Below, in pieces: positions 38,261-52,745 of a stretch of 64,000 bases of DNA. The translations under genes were made by a program, and so were the position numbers. Origin of the DNA: Saccostrea echinata (taxonomy: Eukaryota). The DNA is taken from the NCBI RefSeq assembly GCF_033153115.1, contig NW_026889803.1:3534001-3598000 (forward strand), in the 5' to 3' direction. Each line of letters opens with the position of its first letter. The first letter of the stretch is position 1. Below the pieces are notes generated by a model that did no database searches, was not told the origin of the DNA, and worked only from the letters and a program-made list of their open reading frames with translations.

Positions 38261-38951
38261 ATCTTTAACCATGGACGGATGAACAAATTTTTTTTTTACC
38301 TTATTACCTAGACCTCGAAATTTGACTTTAAAAAAATTTAAATCGTTTTACTTCAAAAATATGTTACTTTTTTAGCATTATTGACAAACTTTTTTAGCAT
38401 TATTGACAAACAAACATGGTTTTGAATTCGGTAGAATTATTTGGTAAATTTTATGGTATCAGCTTTCTAGACACACACACACAAATCATTTAATATTTTA
38501 AAATAGAAGTAGGCATCACATCATTAGCAACAGTAATTTTTTTCTTAATGTCAAGGAAGAAGATAATGACCTTGCTTCTTAATACATGTAAGACGGCCAA
38601 GCTTAATTAATACCATCGCTTAATGATATTGTATCCTCAAAGCTATAAAAATTTCATTAAACTGTTTAAAATACAATAAATATGAGAATACAAACTTTAG
38701 AAAGTTCATATTATCTAAAGATACAATAATTTACATGTATGTTTAAGCTTGCTAAATAAAGATAAAAATGCTTTTACATTTCCTCAATTTTCATGTTTCC
38801 TTTGGTCAAAAAGGGCCAAAAGTGGATCTGTCTGCATGGCAACCAAGTGCACTAGTGAAACTGACACCATAGTTAGTAGTTTCTAACCAAGACGCACCTG
38901 TGATGCAAATTTCATTAAATCGAAAAAGTCGTTTCCAAGCCCTATAGTAAA

Positions 38952-40554
38952 TTTTTAGGTCATCTGAGTGACCCAGGTGACCTATTGCTATATCTTTTTT
39001 CCTCCGTCGCGTGCATTGTGCGTCGTGCGTTATCAATTTAACAATTTCAGCTTCTTCATTGGAACCGCTGAACCAATTTCAAACCAATTTTGGCATATGG
39101 TACCTATAGGTGAAGGAAAAGGGAGAAAAATTATGGATTTCATGGTCCTCCTGGGGCCTGAGGGGTAGGGCTTAAACCATCAAAAACTAATGCAATATAT
39201 AAAAAATCTTTTTCTTTACTCGTCGGCATCAAGCATTTAAACTGTTGATATAATTGTAATAAGGATTGAGTCCTTTATCAAAATTGTGAAATTCATTGCC
39301 CTAGGGTGAGGGGTTCTTGAGTTAGGGTGGGATTCTTTTGATCATATAGTGAAAATGAATACATTCTTTAAAAAGTTTTTTTCTCTGCCACTGTATATTG
39401 AACAGACAAATTAAGTGCATGGTTATTATGAGCAAAAGTGCTTCTTCCCAAATTGTGAAATTCATGTCCCCTGGGTCAGAGGTTTTGGTGTCAGGGCGGG
39501 GCTCTATTGATCACATAGTAAAAATGAATAATTCGTTAGAAATTTTCTTCTCTGTCCCTTGGTATTAACCAAACAAAGTGCATGGTTATGAAGAGCAAGG
39601 GTGCTTCTTTCAAAATTGTGAAATTCATGGCTCCTGAGTCAGGGGATCTGGTGTTAGGGCAGGGCTCAATTGATAATATAATAAAAATGCATTAATTTTG
39701 AAGTAAAAGAAATTCATTATTAGATAGTCAACATGTATAAATCATTTACAAACATTCTCCTCTGCTCCTGGGTATTTAGCAAACAAACTAAGTGCATGGT
39801 TATGATGAGCAAGGATACTCTTCCAAAATTGTGAAATTCATAGCCCTTGCATGGGTTAGGGTTCTAGTGTCAATTAGGGGCTCTATTGATTATATAGTGA
39901 AATGCATCATTTATTTGAAATTCTTCTGTACTCCTGGACATCTAGAAGGAAACAGAGTACAAAGTTGTAATGAGTGTTTTTACCGGATTTGTCAGATACT
40001 GGACCACTTGGTCAAGTGTTCTGGTGCTGGGCAGGGCTGTATTGATATTGTACGGAATTTTTTAACTCCACTCTACTGAGAGAAGTTTTTCTTCTTTGCT
40101 ATTCACCAATGACTATTAATTATTGCAAATAATGTAATTGATAGGTCAAATTGAATAAAAGAATTAAATAAGAATTTTTGATGTATAATACAAGAAGTAC
40201 TTTCATAGTTTTTTAATGGTCAGATAAACTTGTAAATAATAAATAAAAATGAGACAAAAATACCTTATTTATTTCTTTAAAGACCAAGAGAGGCCAGTGT
40301 TTGAGGGAACATAAGGGTTTAACCATGTCCTCAATGATAGTGAAAAAATGGGAGTGTATTAGTACTGGCAAGTAAATAGATCTACTCCATGATTTATTAC
40401 CGAGTACTAGACTAACCATTTTGTTGATCCCTGACCATCCTTTTTCTCTTGCTTTGGGACAACATGTATTTTTGTCTCATTATAAACTTCTGTTGATCCT
40501 TTACAGTGTTGTATTATACTCAGGTGACCGATAAGGCCCTTGGGCCTTTTGTTT
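38952..40554 (+). mobile_element. HINE of a second family with ~175-180-bp internal tandem units
   Basis: 5' ttttaggtcatctgagtg, (cgt)-rich microsatellite, units with aaattgtgaaattcat..ccc..ggg, 3' ctcaggtgaccgataaggcccttgggccttttgttt (subTIR + hairpin). Confidence 0.85.
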
Positions 40555-41334
40555 GGCGCTTACATCGAATGCATGTTAAATCTTTACATTTTTAGATATT
40601 TAAAAAAAAAAAAGAAAATTTATAAATTTCGATTATTTCGGACGTAGTAAAAATCAATTAAGAAAAAGATAATTTAATCTCACGGACACTGATTATGTAA
40701 CATGACGTAAAATAGACAGGAACAGAACTTTCATAACAATAACAAAATGCTTTATTTTTGAAGATCTGATATTAAGTTCTTTCATTTCCAACTTATATGC
40801 AATTTAATTAATTATAAGATGAAAAGTAAAAACATCTTACAGACGATTGAAACTAATGTTTCTGATTAATTACATCGAGTAGAAGTAATCAGTGTGCCAT
40901 TTAAGTAATTTAAATTATTCGTGAAAAACATCAGAAAGAATTATTTTGTGGTGGTTTAAAGGGACCAAATAAGACCAATTATGTAATAATGATGCTAGTT
41001 TAAGGCATGAACAGTGACATTTTTGCTTCATCACTGGAGGAGAATAACATTTTTTACCACATTCAATATCACTTCACTCCTGTTCCCTGGGAACGAATGT
41101 GATCATGACTCAAGTTTCAATTATCAATTTACGAGAGTATTTGAAACCTACCAAATGGAAAGTAATGAGAGTGTAAATTGCATTCCCATCAATTCTTCAG
41201 AAATGGTGTCCTTTATATCGGTTTGATTACTTTACACGTCTTCTAGATCGTCTGGAGAAAAGATGACACCTGCTTAAGGCACTGAGGAGAGGCAATTCCA
41301 ATTCCGTATCTGGAAATCTACAAATTCTAGGAAT

Positions 41335-43870
41335 GAAATATGAAGATAACGAACAGTAATCAAGCTCAAAAGTCCATTGAAACAATACAAATCGGGAACA
41401 GAGCAAATGCGGATCTCTAAAAAACATCAGAGGTTGAATCAGGTACCATAGAGGAGTAAGCATCCCCTGCCGAACGGTCACACTCGCTGAGTGCTCCTTG
41501 TCATGATCAGGAAAAACGGAGAAATCCGTAGACAATTCAATGTGTAAATATAGCCTAACAATTAGTATGAAAAACGTCAGTCAGCATTTAACTTTATGAT
41601 AGATTGTATTTACTGACAAGGTCATTGTATCGGCCATAGAACTTGCAGAATGACGACTTTAAACTAGACTGCTGATATTCTTGTTTCATAAACCTGTCTG
41701 TCAATAGCTTACCTCGTTTTAGAAATTTTATGATCTTGCATATCGAATCAACTGGGAGACATAAACCCCATATGCAGGTGATAAGGGTATATTGCTAAGT
41801 TGACGATAGAAAAGTTGAAGTCATCACGTTCATCATAAAGTTTTGTTGTTAGGTTACCATTAACGTCTTTTTCTAGTAAAATATCCAGATATGAAACAGA
41901 TGTGCCAGACTCTGTGGAATTTCTTTTATTTCAAGTTCACTAGGATATATCGAGTCGTCATATGAATGGAAGCAACTATTGTTAATTGATAATATGTCAT
42001 CGATATATCTAATTGTTGAGTTGAAGGCCACCGTAAGTGTCTTCTTGACATGTATAAGTTTTTGAATAAATTCTGCTTCATATGAATACAAAAATAAATA
42101 ACGGGCGCAATTTGTACCCATGGAAATTCCGAAAGATTGTTGGAAGATCTGATCTCCAAAAACTACATAGATATTATCAATCAGAAACTCAAGCATCTTT
42201 TAATATCTACTTTAGAGTTAACTTGTGTGTACAATCAGAATGTTTTTTAACAAAATAATTTTGCAAAAGAACAATGACAAGGTAAGTGCCATTTTTATTG
42301 AAAAAGCAGCTGTCAATGATGTCAAAAAGCCTGGACTTTAATTTTTCTTGGGGAATACTTGTATAAAGTGTTGAAAAGTCGTACGTTTTGATGTCATTGA
42401 TTTTGGTAATTTAAAGATTTTGGTAATTTAAAATTTTGTGATTTAAAATTTTCTAAAAGTTCCTTGAAGCTTTTAACTATCCACATCTGAATTACACCAC
42501 ATCTCGAATATATTGTTGTACAGTTTCTCCTTCACTGCTGTTCATATTTTAGTGAAGAGTAAAGAAAGAGACTTGGTAGAACATTTACTGGAAGGATTTT
42601 TATGAAGTTTAGGAATCCAGTATAGGCAATGTAATCAAAATTCATTCTGATTGTTGGGAATATTAAAAATATTTAAAACTGACGCATGATTTTGAAGACC
42701 TTCTTCAATAGAAAGGGAGCTGTGGGTATACATTGGATTACCACTTGCAGAATTAAATCCCAGTTCTTCTAAAATACAATTAAAATAATGAGCCTTATAA
42801 ACAAAGACAATGTTGTTACCTGCTTTGTCAGCTTGGACCAGTATATACTGATCGTGTAATCTAATTCTTTTTTCACTTCTGAATTATTGAAGACAGAAAG
42901 ACAGATGGTTTTCATATTGCCCCTTAATCGCTTAATGCGTAATGTTAACATCCATCTGATGACAAAGTTTCAAGGTCTTCTTTTTCATGTTTGGCCCATC
43001 GCCTGGCGTAATCTTCCACAGAATTCATAATATTTATGCAATTATGACGCCAGTTGAAAGATCGGGGTTCCCAAAGTGTTGGCCTTTTTAAAATAAGTGA
43101 TTTAAGGTCCTCATTATTAACTATATTAACGTCACCAGTAATGAAGTGTCCAGCAGGGCTATAGTTGTAGGGTGAAGAAGAACATGATCACGATGGAGGA
43201 TTATGTTTCAGATGTTCGATATCTAGGCACTGTCGAGTTCTTTTGTAATTAAAAAGTTTGAAAGCAATAGACGATGTATATTTGTGAGAAATACAAGGTG
43301 TGGACTTCAACTTGAAATATGGTGGAATACAAGACTGGACCCTTTTGTGATTAAGAATATTACTTATATGTCAATTCCTTTGTTAGCATATTGAAGTTTA
43401 AGGAACAAGCGGGTTTCAGCAGTATTTTCTTCCGTAAAACGTTGCGGTTTAAAAAAGCCTATATTTTGCAATATCCGTAATCACAGATCCGAGCCTGTAT
43501 TCTGGTGTCGAAGAATCCAAATGTGGACTTTTCTTGAGTTTTTTAAATAGACTTTTTAAAAACTTTCAAAGGGACAGAGTAAAGTTAAGTGCGAATGTGA
43601 TGAAGGCCTAAATGTTTATTTACATAAGGTAGTAGTTAATCAAAGGAGACGTCGTGTATAATAAGTTTTTTGTAAGACCGATATCCATGACTACGCTTAC
43701 GTCTCTGTGTATTGTTAAAAAGTCCCATCACATTCACATTGCTACACTGTGGACTTGAAAGATTCCCAACACTATCGACTTTGTCATTGCTGCCATATGG
43801 AAAGGTTGTGTCTAGTTTTCTAATCCAGCTGTATTCTTCTCGTTGGTTACCGAAAGGTGTACTCAATGAA
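41335..43870 (-). mobile_element. Decayed, 5'-truncated Penelope-like retroelement with endonuclease N-terminal to RT (Naiad-type)
   Basis: Order on the minus strand: GIY-YIG C-terminal REEYSWIRKLDTTFPYG, NKGID/KLFNYK linker, GHFITGD, ADKAGNNIVFV, LEFLIDNIYV..GISMGTNCA, RYIDD, SNIPLSPAYGVYVSQLIRYAR, then 3' gtgtgaccg..caggggatgcttactcctc; many stops and frameshifts. Confidence 0.85.
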
Positions 43871-45129
43871 TGTATTCAGGAAAACATCAGTGAAAAAATT
43901 CTGGTTTATGTCTTAACCAATCCTAATTATAATGAAACTCTGAGACTTTCATTAGATACTAGAATATATAATTTAGTTATTAATGATAAAAATTTACAGT
44001 TCTAATTTTATTCTTTTGAAATGAATTGTCTAACGCATTCATGAACAAAAAAAAAACAAAAACAAAAAACAAAAACCAACAGTTGTGCAATTTATTTTTG
44101 GACATGAACAAATTCGCAACCTTTGCCGTTATTTATATTTATTTATTTTAGTTTGGGATAAAATATGGGTTTAACGCAAGGAAAACCTATTAGAATCGTT
44201 TATATCCATTTTCGACAAAAGAACTCTTAAAAAGGGAAGTGCATAGTCCGAAGACTGTAAAGTACTTCAGTTCTTCTTCCAAGGTAAAAAGGTCTGCAGC
44301 GTTCCTTCAAACATCAATATTTACATTTGCTGTGTTTTTCTACTAAGCCAACTGTGAAATTGATTTGAAAGTCATTTTTGTGTATACTAACACGTAGAAA
44401 TATACACGGTGAAACTCGCTCTAAAGTGACGTCACAATGAGGCTACAGAGACGTTAATAAAAATGTAACGATATAGGACAGCAAGAAATTCAAATACTGA
44501 GTATATTATTGGTGCTTTCAAACTTGTAAAATGTAAATATAGCGCGCTTCATGAAATATGCCTACGTGACAAGTCTGTGTGATTTACACACCAATAATTC
44601 ACACAAAACTTAAAAACATTCCTTAACTGATACCTTCAAAAATTCATCATAGAATTAACTAAGCAAACCACTATAGTAACAAAATAAATAAGGGCATATA
44701 CATGTGATATAAGTATAGACTTCCTTTCAGTAGAGATTGTTTTCTTTGATGTATATTTATTATTGAAAATTTCTTGATAAAGCTCTTACCTTACCGAAAA
44801 TTCATTTATAGAGCTTTTACCTTACCTACGATTTTGAAACAAACCATAAACTTTTGAGGAATCGGGGATTATAGGCCTTATGGCTGAGAATTATTTAAAC
44901 TTAATAGATATTTGTGGCCTTTTGGAAGATATAAATAAATGTAAAAGCGCCTTGGTTGAAGAAAATGATAAATATTATATTAACTAAAATTCACTGGAAG
45001 AAAAGGCAAGATATTTCATCCACCATGAAAGATAAACAAGTTTTACTGCATGATAACATATCAAGATTATTAATCTTTATGAAAAAATGGTTTATTATGA
45101 CTTAGTCAATAATAAAGATATGTGATTTA

Positions 45130-45535
45130 GCTCTGAACCTCTGATACTCAAGTGCAGAGAAGATTTTTAAAGGATAAATGCATTTTCACTTTATATGAAT
45201 AGAGCCCAGTCTAAACTCCAGAATCCACGTACCAAGGGCCATGAATTTCACGATTTTGGAAGAATCACGATTGCTCATTATAAATATGCACTTAGGTTCT
45301 CTGTTATACTCAAGAGCAGAGAAGAATTTCAAAGAATGCATGCATTTTCACTACATGTATATGATCAATAGAGCCCCGCCCTAATTCCAGAACCCCTGAC
45401 CCATGAATTTCGCAATTTTTGCTTATTATAACCATACACTTAGTTTGTCTGCTATATATGCAGGGGAGTGAAGATTTTCAAAGAATTTATGCATTTCACC
45501 ATATGATCAATATGACCCCACCCTAACTCCAGAAT
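45130..45535 (-). repeat. Fragment of tandem units related to the second HINE family
   Basis: gagccccgccctaattccagaacccctgacccatgaattt units, reverse complement of the 39.2-39.9 kb units. Confidence 0.7.
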
Positions 45536-45566
45536 TAAAATTCAATTTTTTTTTAATATTAGAATT

Positions 45567-45604
<38 letters not shown>

Positions 45605-46293
45605 GTAAATAAAAACAAACTGACAAATGACTAAATTGCCTTTAAAAAGGTTTTTAAAAAACGTCCTAAGCGAGACTCGAACTAAAACTTACCGTCATGA
45701 CAATTTATATTGCCACTTAATTAAATAATGATCACATATTTAGAGAGGGAAGCGGGACATGACATACATGTAGGTCTTACGTAAGCGATAGCCCAAACAA
45801 AGGTTTGTTTTACCGATCTCAATGCAGTGTTAACAAATTCGGAGAGAAAATCCATCCACATTCTAAACAAATTCCGCTATATTTTCAGATAACATATTTA
45901 ATGACTAAATAAGGATAATAATTAAACTAAAGAAAATTATTACAACAAAAGCAATATTCTTTGTAACTTTGAAATATTATACATACCCTGCAATCATGAT
46001 TAACTCAGGTACATGTACTTATATGGAAGTCAACTCTGTAGACAATTACATTCAAGAAAAAGTCTATAAAGTAATAGTTCAAAACAAAGCCTTTCTTGTG
46101 AAAAATTAAACAATTATTATAATTACCAGTATTTTTTTTACAACAAAGTAAAGATTTTATTTTCAACACTTTTTTTATTACAACAAAAGATTTGTATTTT
46201 CAACATAATATGAAATAGGCTTCATTAAAAAAATGAAGAATGCTTAAATCTTTGAAGGGGTGAAAACATTCAAGGTTCACTTCACTCCTGTTT

Positions 46294-47878
46294 CTAAGTG
46301 ACGTCATTGCCATTCATTATACACGAGCAATGACAACACATTCTTAGTATGTGTCTCTGTAATAATCGGAGGTACCTCCTCTTTGGCATATTGGCACTGT
46401 CTGCAAGTAGAGGATTTCCCTCGTTTAATTCCGATGGTCGATCTGAAATAAAATCAACATCTCTACTAACTGCACAGATGCTTTAGCATACAAAAATGTA
46501 ACTTCCGGTATATTACAGTTTATGCTTTACACTAAGTAGGACTTTAATTCTCTTTTGATATTTTTATAAAATTACTCGTCAAACATCATCTCATGAATTG
46601 TAAAATTTCAAGATATCGCACACAGGTGTATTCTGTGAACAGATCATTGCGGGATAGGTATTAATATTGGTGTACATTTCATATATACACCACCGGGTGC
46701 CCAGGAGTCGTGCACTTAAGAGAGTAACTGTGCTAGGTGGAAGTTAAATAAAATTTTTGTATATTTCACCTGATATTTTAACATACCATGTTAAAGTCTA
46801 ATTTTCTGTGTATAACCTTGAATATATTAAAGTCCATTATTCAATTCATTATCGAGGCACAAAACATGTGAAATTTCTGTCGGCCATATTTGTTTTGGAT
46901 CAGTAGTCGAGCACTCGAATGTACATGATTGTAACAGCAAATATGAGGCCAAGAAAAATAAAAACAGAATTGGAACAAATTCCTAGTGACTGAAATTGCA
47001 TTTTTCAACAAGAATCAATCTAATCTTTATCTTCATTTGATTTAATCATTTTATGATTGGTATTTCTAAAATAAATCACAAATTTTTCATCACTTTTTCT
47101 ATACATGTATTCCTACGTAATAATTTCAGTATAATATTATAAAATCTTTATCATATCATCTTTTATAACGGCTGACTCAAGTATAAACAATTGAAAATAC
47201 CCAGTGTGGCGCATGGTGAAAAATATACCGGTATTTAGAAACTGTAAAAAGCGTAGTAGTGCAGGAGCGGCTTTTGCTTGTGCATATGTATAATTAGGTA
47301 TGTTTCCTGTGAATATTTTACTCTTTGTTATTGTACAGGCGCTTTCTTTGCTACTCTTTAAAAATCAGCCATGTTTAACGTAATATTGTAGCACGTGACC
47401 CAAGGTACAATGATCAACAAACAAATGGTAACGACTACTGGGCACTCACCATATACAACATTCGACAAGACACATTGCTGTCTCAAGAACACAAATCAAA
47501 TTAATTAATTTTGGGAAATATGTTTTGCGATCTGTTCTCATTAACCAATGTATGGTGAAAATTAAAATGGAAGTACCATTCTCATAGATTAAAATATATG
47601 AAAAGATTGTATAGGAAAGCTGAAAGAAAGGGAAAAAAACTAAAAATCTGAATTTGAGTACAGTATTTGTTTAGATTTATTTTTTCTTGTTGTCGAATAT
47701 TTGATGACGTGCAAATACTTTTATTAAAGTGTATTTTTCCCTCCTTTTAGGTACATGTTTACATTTTCTTTCTTTCCTTTATTCCATACGTACGTGTACA
47801 GTTCCTGGCTGGATAGTTATTATCATGTCGTCCTCGGTCTTTCCTGGCGTGCATTTCAGAAGTCTGATTATCGGTGTT
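46294..47878 (-). CDS. Two putative 3' exons of an unidentified gene (47878-47794 and terminal 46442-46294)
   Basis: tttttcag acceptor / gtacgt donor (NTDNQTSEMHARKDRGRHDNNYPARNCT); phase-compatible tatttcag acceptor gives HRPSELNEGNPLLADSANMPKRRYLRLLQRHILRMCCHCSCIMNGNDVT*; AATAAA signals downstream. Confidence 0.45.
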
Positions 47879-48169
47879 CTGAAAAATAAGAAAGTACATT
47901 TAATTAAATGTATGTCTCTAACTTACTTTATAACTAGGGTAAAATAAATGTGTCCCTTTGACACTGTCAGATAGTAAACCTTCCACAAAAGTAAAGCCCC
48001 CCCCCCCCAATATTTACTATATAGTATTTCATCCGCATTTTAAACCTCCCCCTTAGTTTAAACGGTTTAGATTTTATGTATTCTATGTAGAATATACTCT
48101 TACAGTAAATGTTTACCTTTATGTTAATCGAGTATTGTGAGTTTCAGCTCTTTGAAATTACTGAGGATC

Positions 48170-49164
48170 ACAAGATCTACAGGGCAACCCCAGACTTATT
48201 CCGACACATGATTGAGCTGCTGTGAAAAATGCAGAAAGAGTTCAGGGAACCAGGCTCTTGTACAAAACAAAAATAAATTAAAAAAAAAAGATTTTGACCC
48301 TAAATCGCCCCCAGGGTGAAAACTGAAATTCTGAAACCTTATTGCACAACTTCAGGACACCACCAATCATATTCCAAAAGATAAATTGGCTACTGCGAGA
48401 AATGTAAAAAAGAGTTCAAGGAACAGGCTTTTGTAGAAAAATGCTGGGGTTCTTTTTTACCCCTATTTGGCCCCCAGGGTAAAAATCAAATTCTAGGTTT
48501 TTAAAGAAAAAAAACGATGTTTTTTGACCCCCAATGGACCCTAGTGTGAAAATGAAAAATTCCGAAACTTTATTGCACATCTACAGGACACCACCGATCA
48601 TATTCCAAAAGACGAGTTGGTATCTGCAAAATATGCAATAGGAGTTCAGAGAACCAGGTTTTTGTAGAAAAACGACGGATTTTGTCCCCCATTTGGCCCC
48701 TAGGATGAAAATGAAAATTCCGAACCTTATTGCAAATCTGCAGGACACTACCAATCATATTCCAAAAGATTAGTTGGCAACTGCAAAAATGTTTGATGAG
48801 TTCAAGGAACCAGGTTTTTGTAGAAAAACAGGTTTTTATTACCCTCCTGGGTAAAAATGTAAATTTCGAAACCTTATTGCACATCTTCAGTACACCATCA
48901 ATCATACTTCAAAAGAGGAGTTAACTACTGCGAAAAATGTAAGAGGAGTTCAGGGAACCAGAATTTTGCCCCAAGGGTAAAAATTAAAAATTCAAAACCT
49001 GTTTGCATATGTTCAAGGCACTACCAATCATATTCCAAAAGATGAGTTCTAATGTCAGCTTACTTAAAATGTAAAAGAAGTTTAAGGAAGAAGATAGTGT
49101 GACAGACGGACGGACCAGGATTACAACAATAAACCCGAACTTTCTTTAGAGAATGCGGGTATAA
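48170..49164 (-). mobile_element. HINE-like element of a third family with tandem internal units
   Basis: Repeated ccttattgcaca..caggacac.accaatcatattccaaaag units; gacagacggacgg microsatellite and cccg..cgggtataaa hairpin at the right end; acaag at the left end. Confidence 0.7.
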
Positions 49165-49664
49165 ATAACTTATTTCATGACAGAACACATATTTTTCCGC
49201 TCCTGTGCCATACTAGTTTACTACCAAAGATATCAAATTAATCTAGAAAAGAGAGTATTCATCATTAAACGAAACTGGAATAATGGTAATTGATGAGTCC
49301 CCTGTATCAATAAATATCGTTATCAGTGAGTAGCTGGGAAAAATATGTTTAAGTGCGCATGAAAAGAAACGTATCATAAAAGTGCAAGGATGGGTTCATT
49401 TAAAGATCATTAATTGGCATTTCGGTGAGGGAAAATTTTCTCTCTCAGAGTTTGATGGGCAAATCGATGAAATAGATTTCTATTGCGTTTCAAAAACCCC
49501 TAAAGGTCAAGAAGAAACACGCAAGCTTTCAATTTCAGGTGCCGAAAAGAACTGATACACAGTTTCATCGTTTTCTATCAGTGTCAGGAAAGAATACTGG
49601 TAAATTCTTCCAACCTCAATAGCCGACTCAAATAAATTTGGCATAGGCTTCTTTTGTAGTCTAG

Positions 49665-51137
49665 TTATGCCCCCGTAATCGAAGATTCGATTTTCTGCTT
49701 TTGGTTTGTCTGTTGTGTGTCTAAAAGCTTTAACCTTGCCCATAACTTTTGATTGGTTCAAGCTGGGGTTTTCATATTTCACAAGTGTATTCCTTGTGAC
49801 AAAACCTTTCTGTAGGTAACAATATATTTGACCTCTTGACCTTGGAGTTTGACCCACTTTTGCAAATTTTTACCTATTTTTAACATGGACGTAACTTTTC
49901 AATGGTTAGTGCTAGGGCTTTCATATTTTACATGTGTATTTCTTGTGACAAGGCCTTTCATTGGGTACCAAAAATTTTTGAACTCCTCACCTTAATCTTA
50001 GAGTGTGACCTACTTTTGAAAACTTTAAACTTGGCCATAATTTTTGAACAGTTGGTTCTAGGGCTTATTTCACATGTGTACTACTTGTGACAAGACTTCC
50101 CCTGGGTATCAACATTTTTTACCTTTCGACCTTGACCTTGGAAGTATATTCTACTTTTGAAAAACTTTCACCTTGGTCATATCTTTGGAACATTTGATGG
50201 TAGGGCTTTCATATTTCACATATTACTTTTGACAAGACCTTCCCTTGGTTAACAACAGTTTTACCTTTAACCATGACCTTGGAATTTGACCTCCTTTCTG
50301 ATTTTTTTATCTCTGAATTGTTGGTGCTACGGCTTTCATATTTTTGTGACAAGACCTTTCTTAATGTACCAACATTTAAGACCTCATGACCTTGACCTTG
50401 GAGTATGACCTTCTTAGAAAAAAACTTTAATCTTGGTCATAACTTTAGAACAATTGGTGCTAGTTTTTTTGATATTGTTCTTGTTTTTTACTTGTGCCTT
50501 TTGTATAACTTTTGAATAGTTGGTGCTAGGACTTCATATTTCACGAGTATTACCTGTGACAAGACCTTCCCTTGGGTACTACATTTTTTTACCTTTCGAC
50601 CTTGACCTTGAAGTATGTTCTACTTTTGAAAAATTATACCTTGGCCATACCTTTGGAACATTTGATGATAGGACTTTCATATTTCACATATTACTTTTGA
50701 CAAAACCTCCCCTTGGGTAACAACATTTTTTTACCTTTTAACCATGACCTTTGAATTTGACATCCTTTTTTAGAAATTGACGATGCTAGGGATTTCATAT
50801 TTCACAAGTGTATTGTTTGTGACAAGACCTTTCTTGAGGTACCAACATTTTAGACTTCATGACCTTGACCTTGGAGTATGACCTTCTTTAGAAAAAACTT
50901 CAACCTTGGTCATAACTTCAGAACAATTGGTGTTAGGGTTTTTATATTCTGCTTGTGTATTACTTGTGACCTTTCTTTGAGTCCCAACATTTTTTTTATC
51001 TTTTAACCTTGACCTTGGAGTTTACCTACTTCTTAAAAACTTTAATCTTGATCATAACTTTTGAACTGTTGGTGCACGGTCTTTCATATTTCACATGTAT
51101 ATTCCTTGTGCATCTATGTTTCACAAACACACCTTGT
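49665..51137 (+). mobile_element. HINE with Cg170-like satellite array (third copy of the first family)
   Basis: ttatgcccccgtaatcgaagattcg start, about 8 diverged units, 3' tgtttcacaaacacaccttgttt. Confidence 0.85.
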
Positions 51138-52745
51138 TTTGATTTGCAGTGGACTGGTAATGTGCATCACTTTCAGCAAATTAATTAAAAGAAGAAAAAT
51201 AAGACGTAAACTTACTACTGGGTATTTAATTATGTACCATTATGTTAAGAATAATTTTACCTACTGTTATTATTTGATACATAACAATGACATGTTTTCA
51301 ACAGGAGTGTGGTACCTCTGTAAGAAATAGTTATATTGAAATATTGATCTTCTACACTGTCTTTCTAATTAATCAAAGTAGCCTTTTCATCTGCGTCAAA
51401 AATTGTGTTTTTATATATCTTAATTAGATATTAATTATGAATAATTAATATCACTGTACATCATAGATGTCCACCTTACTAAAAAGCAGGCCATTTCCGG
51501 AAATATTTTTTCTTTTCTATTTTTTTTTTTTCAGAAAATTTTTTTTTAAAAACATTTAGAAAATTTTCAATAATAATTCAAAGATAATTTCATCTTCTTT
51601 AGCTTGAAGAACCAACGGATGGCGAAAAGAGGTATATATATTTTGAAGAATTTTTTAAATATATTACAATAATTTATAGATTGTTTCTGATAGACAATTT
51701 GCCTCGTTGAAATAGTTACATTTCCGTATTTCAACATGTATAATATTTAATCACAGTAATATCTAATTCGAGAGCAATTCAGTTTTGTAAACATTAATCC
51801 AATCATAACGAACTCTTAAAAAAAGCAAGACTACTTAGAAATCTTTGTATTTGTCTGTATATTTCAGTAAAGGCCCAATGTATAAAATCATTTTGGGAGA
51901 AGCTTTTTTTTTCTTCGCTTACATTCCTGTTATTAAATTAAGGAAAAGAGGACATCAAACTTTTTGGAAATACCCATAACCACATTTCTTTCCCTGGAAA
52001 TTTCAACACAATATAGAAACTAAAATTTCAAAGACAATTGTTATTTTTTAATTTATTCCCCCCCCCCCCATTTTTCAACAGCGTTTTAGTAAAAGTATGT
52101 GAGAAACTGTATGTATCACATACTGATCGAATGAAATGGCATATAAATGTGCATAATACACAATTTGATCTTAAGTAATTAGGATATTTTTCAAATGAAA
52201 GATTAATACTGAGTTATGTTAGCTCTAATAAAAAATTGGAAATCTGGAAGCTTTGTAGTCGTATCCACACAATCTGTACTTTTATATAGACAGTATCTTT
52301 TTGCAGTTGACAATATTTTCAATATAGATTGTATTTCTGAGGAGTGGTCTTGAATAATGCAAGGAAAAGATAATCACACCGGGGCTAAGCTTGTTTTTTG
52401 ACAGAAATTCCAATACTTTCTTCTAAATCAAGAAGTAAATTGAATTTCCAATGCTGAATACTCTCATTAAGGCAGCAAGCCTGCTGTAAGCGATATCAAG
52501 GACTATCGTGAACCCAATTTTTCAGTATTGTCTAAAGCAATGAGATGCCCAACAGATCCAAATATACACATAACAATTATTTTTATTATATTATAACACT
52601 ATACATTATATATGTACGTTTATTTGAATTTAAAAACTTAAAGAAAGGAAGAGAAGGTAAAAGGTAAATTTATTAATTTCGTGTATTCTGTTTTAACACT
52701 AACGTATACATTTACACAAAATTAGGGGAAAGGGGGGGGGAGCTA

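Noticed and set aside
37836-51330. Short ORFs inside HINE satellite arrays
   Set aside because: Chance frames in tandem repeats.
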